35,184 bases of DNA from an uncultured virus (IMG/VR IMGVR_UViG_3300025276_000002) (Duplodnaviria; Heunggongvirae; Uroviricota; Caudoviricetes), in the IMG/VR virus record IMGVR_UViG_3300025276_000002; one strand, given 5' to 3'. A model generated the notes under the pieces. It ran no database searches and had not been told where the DNA came from. It saw only the letters and a program-made list of their open reading frames with translations. Below are positions 7,643 to 14,468 of the stretch, one piece after another (position 1 is the first letter of the stretch; the number at the start of each line of letters is the position of its first letter). The position numbers were made by a program, and so were the translations under genes.

Positions 7643-7671
7643 ATATTATAGATCACTGACTAAGGTGTCAA
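7643..7671 (-). promoter_or_regulatory. sigma70 promoter TTGACA-N17-TAATAT (GATC just upstream of -10)
   Basis: Direct reading of the minus strand. Confidence 0.7.
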
Positions 7672-7700
7672 CACTCTATATCAATTAATTTGCATTTAGT

Positions 7701-8111
7701 TTATAAAATTGTAATACCGTTTAAATGATCTATTTCATGTTGTACACAATAGCTTAGTAATCCTTTGCAATTCTTTTTGATTGGTTGCCAATTACGATCA
7801 AAACCTTCAACCGTGATCATCTCATCCCTTTTTAATGTGGCCTGTCTTGAAGGGAATGATAGACAGCCCTCCTTTGAGATCTTTAGCTTGCCACCCTTAC
7901 GAGTGATCACGGGGTTTATAATTTCAGTTCTAAAGCCTTGCACGTTTACAACTATTACTCGGATAGTTAATCCAACTTGGTTCGCAGCAAGTCCGATCCC
8001 TTTTGACGTATCCATTAGAGAAAACATACCATTTATGATCTGACTAATATCTGTCCCTTTCTCTACCTCAGTAGATGTTTGTTTCAGTGTATCATGTGTT
8101 AATTGTAGCAT
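7701..8111 (-). CDS. def: peptide deformylase, short phage type
   Basis: All three PDF motifs are present: GIGLAANQVG, EGCLS and HEIDH. Confidence 0.97.
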   Translation of the reverse strand: MLQLTHDTLKQTSTEVEKGTDISQIINGMFSLMDTSKGIGLAANQVGLTIRVIVVNVQGFRTEIINPVITRKGGKLKISKEGCLSFPSRQATLKRDEMITVEGFDRNWQPIKKNCKGLLSYCVQHEIDHLNGITIL

Positions 8112-8116
8112 TTTTT

Positions 8117-8200
8117 AAGCCTCTCTAAGCGTTTATAATCTATTACCTATACAATCGCCCTAGTAAAAATATTTAAATCAATCCTAGGACTACTACAGGT
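8117..8200. other. two-armed element 4 (strong-gyrase-site-like)
   Basis: aagcctctctaagcgttt ... cctaggactactacagg. Confidence 0.45.
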
Positions 8201-8205
8201 ACATA

Positions 8206-8382
8206 TTATCCAATTAACCAGCTAATTCTGAATACTCGTAACCAGTCTAAAACTATTAATATAACCAAGCTTACAGGGATAAATGCGAACATGCAAGTTT
8301 TGATTACATTTTCAACCTTGTGCATAGTTGATTGAGTTTTCATGTACTGTTCAGTACGTTTTGAGTAAAATTGTTTAGTCAT
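8206..8382 (-). CDS. small protein with a C-terminal TM helix, 58 aa (MTKQFYSKRTEQY...SWLIG), not in the ORF track
   Basis: Translated by hand; fills the cassette between def and 8466. Confidence 0.6.
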   Translation of the reverse strand: MTKQFYSKRTEQYMKTQSTMHKVENVIKTCMFAFIPVSLVILIVLDWLRVFRISWLIG

Positions 8383-8465
8383 TATCTCGGCCTATTATTT
8401 GAATATTATCTCTTAAGGAATAACCCGCATATTACAGGCTATTAATTTAAAAGTAAAGCTTTTAT

Positions 8466-8738
8466 TTAAAGACTCTTTTCAAAGTACCAACCAACTAAAT
8501 TGTCCAGTCTGTACACTGAGCTGTCAAAGTTCATGGCATCATTAATGAGGTAGTTGTTAATACCCTTCAGCTTGATATAAAAACTAATAAATTTACCTGT
8601 ATTAGTCATATAAATTTTATAACCTTGGTTTTTACCATTTACATGAAAATGTGCCTTTTTACCTGTCCAAATGTTAGACCCTGTTATTCTCATATCGGGT
8701 GCCGCCTCATAAGTCTGTACTATAATTTCTGTTTTCAT
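8466..8738 (-). CDS. hypothetical early protein (90 aa)
   Basis: AGGTG RBS; immediately downstream of the tRNA. Confidence 0.75.
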   Translation of the reverse strand: MKTEIIVQTYEAAPDMRITGSNIWTGKKAHFHVNGKNQGYKIYMTNTGKFISFYIKLKGINNYLINDAMNFDSSVYRLDNLVGWYFEKSL

Positions 8739-8761
8739 AATATCACCTGTTTATTGAAAGT

Positions 8762-8838
8762 TGGTACACTGTATAGGATTCGAACCTATAACCTAGACGG
8801 TAGAAACATCTTGCTCTATCCAGTTGAGCTAACAGCGC
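8762..8838 (-). tRNA. tRNA-Arg(UCU) with encoded CCA
   Basis: GCGCTGT TA GCTC AACTGGATA GAGC A AGATG TTTCTAC CGTCT AGGTT ATAGG TTCGAAT CCTAT ACAGTGT A CCA forms a full cloverleaf. Confidence 0.95.
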
Positions 8839-8909
8839 TTTGTAAATTGCTTTGTTAAGATGTAATCATTGTTACATAACTACATCAAGAAAACAACTAT
8901 TAATTTTAA

Positions 8910-9113
8910 TTATTCTTCACTTTCTAACAACTTGATCTCTTCATCCAATTCACGGATCATCTTTTCACATTCTACAATCTTACCAACTAGGTAGCCTTGC
9001 CCGTGTTCGCATGTGTTATCCTCTAACTTTTGTTCAAGTCGTGTTAACTCTTCAAACTCATTTGATAACGCTTGGCGTGCTTCTGTTAAGTTAATCATAA
9101 TTTTAAACCTCAT
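8910..9113 (-). CDS. small acidic coiled-coil protein (start may be ATG 9098)
   Basis: Heptad pattern; own promoter at 9129-9159. Confidence 0.75.
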   Translation of the reverse strand: MRFKIMINLTEARQALSNEFEELTRLEQKLEDNTCEHGQGYLVGKIVECEKMIRELDEEIKLLESEE

Positions 9114-9128
9114 TGTTTAACTTGTTTG

Positions 9129-9161
9129 TAGTGTAGCGGCTAACGTTGGGAGCTGTCAACC
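9129..9161 (-). promoter_or_regulatory. promoter TTGACA-N18-TACACT; 30-bp repeat with 11617-11646
   Basis: tgtagcgg(c/t)taacgttgggagctgtcaacc, one mismatch between copies. Confidence 0.8.
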
Positions 9162-9172
9162 TCTTTTAGTGT

Positions 9173-9328
9173 TTAATTTAATAAATAAGCGTTTAAGTAT
9201 TGAATACTAACTATATTTTGAATGCCTACTTTATCAGCCTTAATTTTAACATTCTCTTCATTTTCGGCACCTATTACACATTGCACGGCTTTAAAATTAT
9301 CCATGTAAATAACCATGTAAGCTTTCAT
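9173..9328 (-). CDS. hypothetical early protein, 51 aa (MKAYMVIYMDNFKAVQCVIGAENEE...)
   Basis: GAGG RBS; upstream leader resembles 11942-12003. Confidence 0.7.
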   Translation of the reverse strand: MKAYMVIYMDNFKAVQCVIGAENEENVKIKADKVGIQNIVSIQYLNAYLLN

Positions 9329-9450
9329 AATTTAACCTCAATTTGTTTACGTGGCTAACACCTTGCTAGCCAGTGATTAAATAGTAATGCAGCTTGATTT
9401 GTATTGCAACCTTTTATTATAAATAATTGCAATTAATTTTAATACCTTTT

Positions 9451-9547
9451 TAAACGTCCTGTAATAGACTGTGATTAATTTAAATCGTTATCTATGCAAT
9501 TGCACTAATGAATAATTAAAGCCGTTTTGGTGCGCTGTGACAGCTTG
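9451..9547. other. two-armed element 5 (strong-gyrase-site-like), overlapping the 3' end of ORF 9505-9786
   Basis: taaacgtcctgtaatagactgtga ... gcgctgtgacagcttg. Confidence 0.5.
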
Positions 9548-9786
9548 TGATTACCTATCACCTTTACAACTTTAGCGTAAATGGTAGCAGGGTTTAAGTT
9601 TATATTATTTACATCGATGATCAATGATCCGTGATATTCCAAAACTGCATCAATACCATCAAAGTTTGTATAAAGTTCTGTCTTGATAGTTTCAAGTAAG
9701 CTATGTTCTACAATGTAATCATACATATTTTCAGTAAATGTAATAGTGTATTCTTTGCCTGTTAGTTTAATATCATTTGTTGCCAT
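9505..9786 (-). CDS. hypothetical early protein (93 aa)
   Basis: AAGGAG RBS. Confidence 0.75.
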   Translation of the reverse strand: MATNDIKLTGKEYTITFTENMYDYIVEHSLLETIKTELYTNFDGIDAVLEYHGSLIIDVNNINLNPATIYAKVVKVIGNHKLSQRTKTALIIH

Positions 9787-9958
9787 CTCTTAAACTCCTT
9801 AAATATTGCATTTGTTGCCACTCTGGATCATCATCCATTTGATCATTAATAACGCTTGACAATGTTTTGGTGATGCTTGGATCATTCTGTCGCTGTTGCA
9901 AGTGTACCAAATAATTCAGATGATCCTTACATACTTTTAATGCAGTTTGTTTACTCAT
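9773..9958 (-). CDS. hypothetical early protein (61 aa)
   Basis: Short overlap with the next gene. Confidence 0.65.
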   Translation of the reverse strand: MSKQTALKVCKDHLNYLVHLQQRQNDPSITKTLSSVINDQMDDDPEWQQMQYLRSLRDGNK

Positions 9959-10022
9959 AGATTGCGGCCTGTGCTAGTGAAAATAAAAGGCGGATAGTTC
10001 ACCGCCACAAAAGGGGGGTTAT

Positions 10023-10457
10023 TTATTCTTCATCACAATCAAAATCTGTCTGATCTAAGTGTTCGCTTAATTGTTCTTGTACGTCTGCATACATTGCATA
10101 AAAAGCTAATGCTTGATGTAAACCGTTTAAACCATCATTTTTAATAATATCGGCTAAACTGTCACCGCAAAGGATGCCATGATCAATAGCATAATCTGAA
10201 TTGGTAGAGTGTTTAAGTATATCTAAATGATAATGATAATAAATTGCGTATTGACTACCGTCCACTATTTCATGTAATAGGCTATCATTTGCCAGATCTT
10301 CTATTTCATCCCTATCAAAACTGATTTGATCACAATCTAGAGCTTCATTAATTGCATAGATAACGCTATCAGTTAAAGATAACACCGCTTGATGGTAGTT
10401 AAAATCAGTGTTTAAGTTTTCAACGTTTTCATAAGATACAGATTTTAAAGTTTTCAT
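10023..10457 (-). CDS. highly acidic Ocr (T7 gp0.3)-like putative DNA mimic / anti-restriction protein
   Basis: LHEIVDGSQYAIYYHYHLDIL recalls the Ocr segment IHMAADNAVPHYYADIF; D/E-rich with an acidic tail; early location. Confidence 0.6.
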   Translation of the reverse strand: MKTLKSVSYENVENLNTDFNYHQAVLSLTDSVIYAINEALDCDQISFDRDEIEDLANDSLLHEIVDGSQYAIYYHYHLDILKHSTNSDYAIDHGILCGDSLADIIKNDGLNGLHQALAFYAMYADVQEQLSEHLDQTDFDCDEE

Positions 10458-10570
10458 AATATTCACTCTTTTTAAATGGTGGCATAATTGCCTGTTAATA
10501 ATAAAAACCGCTTTAGCGGCCTTGTTAAGATGTGCTCAGTATATAACTAAACACACCAACAAAGCAAGCT

Positions 10571-10969
10571 TTAATTTAAGTTATTCTCTAACTCTTCTAA
10601 CTCTTCCGTAAGTCCAGCTATTTCTTTTTCTAACTCTTCGACCTCAGATTCTAGATCAATATATTCGTCTAAATTCATAATATCAAAACTATCAGCAAAA
10701 TCATTTAAACCGCAACGAAACATAACAGGATCATGCTTTTGCATTAAGTCCGATGCATATTCACCACATAGAAATTCACCACATAGAAATTCTATATCGT
10801 CTAGATGATCCTCGTAATGTCCATTTAGCATTGCCTCATAATCACTTGTAATAACATCTTCGAAGTGTGACAGAGGATCATTAGTCATAGATTTGATTGC
10901 AGCCTTGGCGTTAATTAGGTGATCATTGTTAATGATGATAGTTTTGCGAATTTCTGATAATGTAGTCAT
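10571..10969 (-). CDS. highly acidic early protein with a C-terminal coiled coil
   Basis: YxxxLDD...GEYASxLxxxDPxxFRCGxNDFxDS pattern; D/E-rich; GAG RBS before ATG 10969. Confidence 0.75.
   Translation of the reverse strand: MTTLSEIRKTIIINNDHLINAKAAIKSMTNDPLSHFEDVITSDYEAMLNGHYEDHLDDIEFLCGEFLCGEYASDLMQKHDPVMFRCGLNDFADSFDIMNLDEYIDLESEVEELEKEIAGLTEELEELENNLN
10759..10792. repeat. 15-bp in-frame tandem duplication (EFLCG x2)
   Basis: attcaccacatagaa attcaccacatagaa attc. Confidence 0.95.
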
Positions 10970-11070
10970 AATAATATCTCTTTTAAAATGTAATTTGCCG
11001 TTAGTGGCGTTTTGTTTCAATAAGGTAATTCTACTTTATACAGTTTACGCTGTCAACACTTTATTTTGAA

Positions 11071-11229
11071 TTAATCGTTTTCTTTTTCAAACTCTACAAA
11101 TTGATCTGCCCGTTTATTCGCCCTATCTGCTTGCATTGCTAGATCTTGGCCCTTGCGTGTACGTTTGCGATCAATTCGTACCGTTTTAGCTGTGTTTTTT
11201 GTTCGTTTCATTGGTGATACTCTACCCAT
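11071..11229 (-). CDS. small basic protein (52 aa, MGRVSPMKRTK...)
   Basis: AAGGA RBS before ATG 11229; the upstream part of the track ORF is a hairpin. Confidence 0.65.
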   Translation of the reverse strand: MGRVSPMKRTKNTAKTVRIDRKRTRKGQDLAMQADRANKRADQFVEFEKEND

Positions 11230-11305
11230 TTCAATCCATCCTTTTAAATCGTTATTGTGTAGCCCTGTGAGCTGTTTAAACGTCACAAGGCTGTCATTGT
11301 ATTAG

Positions 11306-11572
11306 TTAAGCGATTACTGCCACTCTAGCCGCTATAGAACGCTTGTGAGTCACTACTATAGCCGAGCCGTGAACATTAAAAGCTAGTGATTGAACTTTAG
11401 CAGGTTTTGAAGGAGCTTGCAATGTGTTTGTTTTAATAACCTTGTGAGCTAACCAAGATCCGCAACCATCTTTCCCGCTTGTAGACTTGAAAAGCTTTTT
11501 ACCTGTGCATAGGTTAACACGTTTAACAAAAGTTCGCATCTGTTGGCGGGTAGAGAATTTTAATGTATTCAT
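11306..11572 (-). CDS. basic hypothetical early protein (88 aa)
   Basis: AAGG RBS; own promoter. Confidence 0.75.
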   Translation of the reverse strand: MNTLKFSTRQQMRTFVKRVNLCTGKKLFKSTSGKDGCGSWLAHKVIKTNTLQAPSKPAKVQSLAFNVHGSAIVVTHKRSIAARVAVIA

Positions 11573-11613
11573 AATGTAATACCTTTTAATAATATAATTT
11601 TTGATTGAGTGTT

Positions 11614-11646
11614 AATTGTAGCGGTTAACGTTGGGAGCTGTCAACC
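11614..11646 (-). promoter_or_regulatory. promoter TTGACA-N18-TACAAT
   Basis: Second copy of the 9132-9161 repeat. Confidence 0.8.
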
Positions 11647-11659
11647 GCTTTTTTGGTGT

Positions 11660-11920
11660 TTATTTTAAAGATATAATCTTTAATTCCCAGTTACCTGTCC
11701 CGTGTAAAGATCTGATTAAGTCAGGGCGATCCCTCAGTAGCTGGCCATTACCGAGCTTTTCTGATAAAATTTTAAATTTCATATCATCGGCTATAGACTT
11801 AAAGTCTGCACTGTCAGGTACTATTTTATAGTTAACTATACTCCCGTTAGGATCAATCAAGCAGACTTTACAAGAAAAACCACCAACCACAACGCCGTTA
11901 ACATCTTCGAAAGTTTGCAT
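11660..11920 (-). CDS. hypothetical early protein (86 aa)
   Basis: TAAGG RBS. Confidence 0.75.
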   Translation of the reverse strand: MQTFEDVNGVVVGGFSCKVCLIDPNGSIVNYKIVPDSADFKSIADDMKFKILSEKLGNGQLLRDRPDLIRSLHGTGNWELKIISLK

Positions 11921-12004
11921 AATAAAACCTTATTCTTAAAAGTGGCTAACCCGTTGCCAGCCAGTTATTAAATTTTAATCCAAGTAGATTATAATTGCAA
12001 GTGT

Positions 12005-12136
12005 TTATTTAAAACTCTTTTCAAACTCTTGTAAAGTTAACCCGTTAAACACATGTTCAACTATTTCTGATTGTGTTGCAACTTCAAAAACCCAACCATC
12101 ACGGCATATATGCCAAACGTTGTCTATCTTTTTCAT
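12005..12136 (-). CDS. hypothetical early protein, 43 aa (MKKIDNVWHICRDGWVFEVATQSE...)
   Basis: AGGGG RBS; own leader hairpin. Confidence 0.65.
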   Translation of the reverse strand: MKKIDNVWHICRDGWVFEVATQSEIVEHVFNGLTLQEFEKSFK

Positions 12137-12214
12137 AATAAAACCCCTTTAAATAGTGGCTCCCTGTGAGCCGATGAATACTAATATACAGTGTTATAAT
12201 TTAAACGCAAGCTT

Positions 12215-12439
12215 TTATTTAATTAAATGTGAAATTAATTTATCCTGTTTGATAACATTTGCTAAATTATCACATACATGCGTAACCATGTGGCCCTGTG
12301 GCGAACGTGAACAGGTGTAAAAGTAACAGTGATCATAGTTTTGGTAATGTTCACTGTTTGCACCGTTGTAGCATTGTGCGAGGTTAAACCTGTCTATAAT
12401 ATAAGACACCTGATCATAAGTTGGATTAATCTGTTTCAT
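12215..12439 (-). CDS. hypothetical early protein (74 aa)
   Basis: AAGG RBS before ATG 12439. Confidence 0.7.
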   Translation of the reverse strand: MKQINPTYDQVSYIIDRFNLAQCYNGANSEHYQNYDHCYFYTCSRSPQGHMVTHVCDNLANVIKQDKLISHLIK

Positions 12440-12550
12440 AATATAAAGCCTTTGTTTAAGTTGTTTCAATACGTATAAAGGTACACTATTTTTAAACTAT
12501 TGAAAACAATTTTATTAAAGAATTATTTTTAATAATATTGGTGATCTTTG

Positions 12551-12580
12551 TTGACAGGGTAAAACGTTTGTTTATATAAT
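12551..12580 (+). promoter_or_regulatory. promoter TTGACA-N18-TATAAT (divergent from the leftward cassettes)
   Basis: Consensus hexamers. Confidence 0.85.
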
Positions 12581-12623
12581 AGCGGTACACAAACAGAGAA
12601 TATTATTTAAAAGGGTAAAGATT

Positions 12624-12791
12624 ATGTTTATTATGAAAAGTAGTTTTAAGTATGCATCACCTGTAGCGGGTTATAATGATGTAAAGCTTTTAGAATCGAT
12701 TGGTGTAGAAGGTATTAAAGTTTTACCTAATGCAGAGGCAGTTTTAACAAGGTTGGTTAATAGTGATTATTTACCTACAGGTCAATATTAA
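12624..12791 (+). CDS. hypothetical protein, 55 aa (MFIMKSSFKYASPVAG...PTGQY)
   Basis: AAGGG RBS; consensus promoter upstream; hairpin downstream. Confidence 0.7.
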   Translation: MFIMKSSFKYASPVAGYNDVKLLESIGVEGIKVLPNAEAVLTRLVNSDYLPTGQY

Positions 12792-12842
12792 ATTAATCAA
12801 CAAAAGCCCTTGCAATTTAAAGTGTAAGGGCTTATAGTTCGT

Positions 12843-12933
12843 AACAGATAACAGGTTAGAAGGCGGCTCGGCAGATAACGCAAACTTAAGTTTAAAGCTC
12901 TTGGAATCAATAGAGAGTGGGCGATATTCTGTT
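12843..12933 (+). ncRNA. candidate ~90-nt structured RNA A
   Basis: Promoter TTGCAA-N17-TATAGT (12810-12838); 5' AACAGA pairs with 3' TCTGTT; internal hairpins; no ORF. Confidence 0.45.
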
Positions 12934-12960
12934 AATGTAAATGATTATCAATAACCTAAT

Positions 12961-13055
12961 CAAGCGTCCTGTAACCGATCCTGAGCCTTTTAATAATAAT
13001 CTAATGCAATGACCTATCTATCTAACTAAGGCCCGTTACAGCCGCTTACAGCTTG
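12961..13055. other. two-armed element 6 (strong-gyrase-site-like)
   Basis: caagcgtcctgtaaccgatcctgagc ... gcccgttacagccgcttacagcttg. Confidence 0.55.
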
Positions 13056-13133
13056 TTATATTTGATTTAAATTAATTACAAATAAATTGTATAAACCGCT
13101 TGCACTATTCGACAAGATCTATATACTTGGTTA

Positions 13134-13240
13134 TATCAGCTTAAAGCTGAAAGTCTCCCAAACCACACGGGCAGCGCTTCCCTTTAACGTCCAAATGATT
13201 TAATCATTTTCAGGAGGAATGAAGGGTGGGCGATCGCCAG
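13134..13240 (+). ncRNA. candidate ~100-nt structured RNA B
   Basis: Promoter TTGCAC-N16-TATACT (13100-13127); hairpin TCAGC-TTAAA-GCTGA; stem CGCTTCCCTT/AAGGGTGGGCG. Confidence 0.4.
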
Positions 13241-13380
13241 TAAACAAGATTAATTCTCATTTACAAAGCTAAACTATTCTCGTTTACAAAGTTAAATCTA
13301 AATGATAGCTAATCGCATTAGCATTCCAGCGTAATGAGAATGATTCTCATTTAAGTCAGAATTTTACTGATTCTGGAAAC

Positions 13381-13447
13381 TGAAAATGAATTGAGATTTT
13401 GAGTTTTACTAAGATCGCTCTGGCAAATTTTTATGTACCCTAGGGTG
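13381..13447 (+). repeat. conserved module-end motif, copy 2
   Basis: Aligns with 3701-3763 without gaps over the first ~30 nt and shares GCTCTGG and CTAGGGTG. Confidence 0.8.
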
Positions 13448-13484
13448 TGATTTGTGGGCAGATCCAGATTAGGTGATTTTGTTG

Positions 13485-13513
13485 TTGACAGAAAATCACA
13501 ATTAAATTATATT
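13485..13513 (+). promoter_or_regulatory. promoter TTGACA-N17-TATATT starting the rightward block
   Basis: Near-consensus; -35 sits inside the inverted repeat GTGATTTT...AAAATCAC. Confidence 0.8.
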
Positions 13514-13544
13514 GGATGTGAAATTAATTATTGAGGAGAGTATT

Positions 13545-13682
13545 ATGGAGTTTGATTACTATGAAAAGTTTAAAATAGAGGCAGCACTTGAGTACTTCAT
13601 TAAAAAACTGAAAGAAGAGAATTGCAATCCAGATATGGTTGAGAAATATGAAGACCTGTTAGAGCGTATTGAATTAAGTTAA
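13545..13682 (+). CDS. hypothetical protein, 45 aa (MEFDYYEKFKIEAALE...)
   Basis: GAGGAG RBS. Confidence 0.75.
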   Translation: MEFDYYEKFKIEAALEYFIKKLKEENCNPDMVEKYEDLLERIELS

Positions 13683-13692
13683 GGAGAAAACT

Positions 13693-14220
13693 ATGAACAA
13701 TTTCCTAGTAGGACAAATAGTAAAATTGAAAGAGGATGTACTTCTTTCCAAGTATCAAAATCGAGCCAATAGGCCGCGTGTATTGCAAAACTCTTACCAT
13801 GTGTTAACTCCCAAGGATATTAAAAGAGGCTATTACTTTACTAATATAGGTTCATTTGATTTAAAAGATTGTACAATTGTTCCAGATAACATGCAAGGTT
13901 ACAGGTGGTGTACAAATAAGTCTGGGTTTGATCAGAGCTTGTTAGGTGCAACAACTAAGCCTATCTCTTTAAGCCGTCACCTTAAAATTAAGTATGAACG
14001 TGTTAATAAAGATATCACTACTTACATCTTTATCAAAGATACATTGACAAAGGTGACAGGTCAGATGTATGATATGTGCTTGTACTGGAGAGGGTTGAAC
14101 AACGATCATTACCGTACTAAGTTGAAGACAACTAAAGAAGGCTACGTGATAGGCCGAGATGTATTGATCGAGTATCTATCTGAAAAGAGATTAAATCAGT
14201 GTTATAAATTAGGAGAATAA
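13693..14220 (+). CDS. hypothetical protein (175 aa)
   Basis: AAGGAG RBS. Confidence 0.8.
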   Translation: MNNFLVGQIVKLKEDVLLSKYQNRANRPRVLQNSYHVLTPKDIKRGYYFTNIGSFDLKDCTIVPDNMQGYRWCTNKSGFDQSLLGATTKPISLSRHLKIKYERVNKDITTYIFIKDTLTKVTGQMYDMCLYWRGLNNDHYRTKLKTTKEGYVIGRDVLIEYLSEKRLNQCYKLGE

Positions 14221-14222
14221 GT

Positions 14223-14465
14223 ATGTTAAGTATTATGTCAATAATTGAAAAGAGATATCCTTCAGAGGAGACTTCAAAAGCTGAATGGGAAATAGCTAAT
14301 CTAGCAGGACTACTGGCAATGGTTGGAGGATGTGAGAAAACTATTCTAACAAGACTAGATCAGATGAAGGCAGATGAATTTCTAGGACTATGTATTAGTA
14401 ATGGGATTACATTTAAACTGACACCAGAAAAAGCTCAACAAGTGGTTGCTAAATTAGGAGAATAA
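14223..14465 (+). CDS. hypothetical protein (80 aa)
   Basis: AGGAG RBS. Confidence 0.8.
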   Translation: MLSIMSIIEKRYPSEETSKAEWEIANLAGLLAMVGGCEKTILTRLDQMKADEFLGLCISNGITFKLTPEKAQQVVAKLGE

Positions 14466-14468
14466 ACT

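Larger units (their letters stand above)
12936..13351. promoter_or_regulatory. Fur-box array 2 (about 5 boxes)
   Basis: Perfect palindrome AATGAGAATGATTCTCATT at 13333-13351; further boxes at 12936, 13245, 13268 and 13303. Confidence 0.75.
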
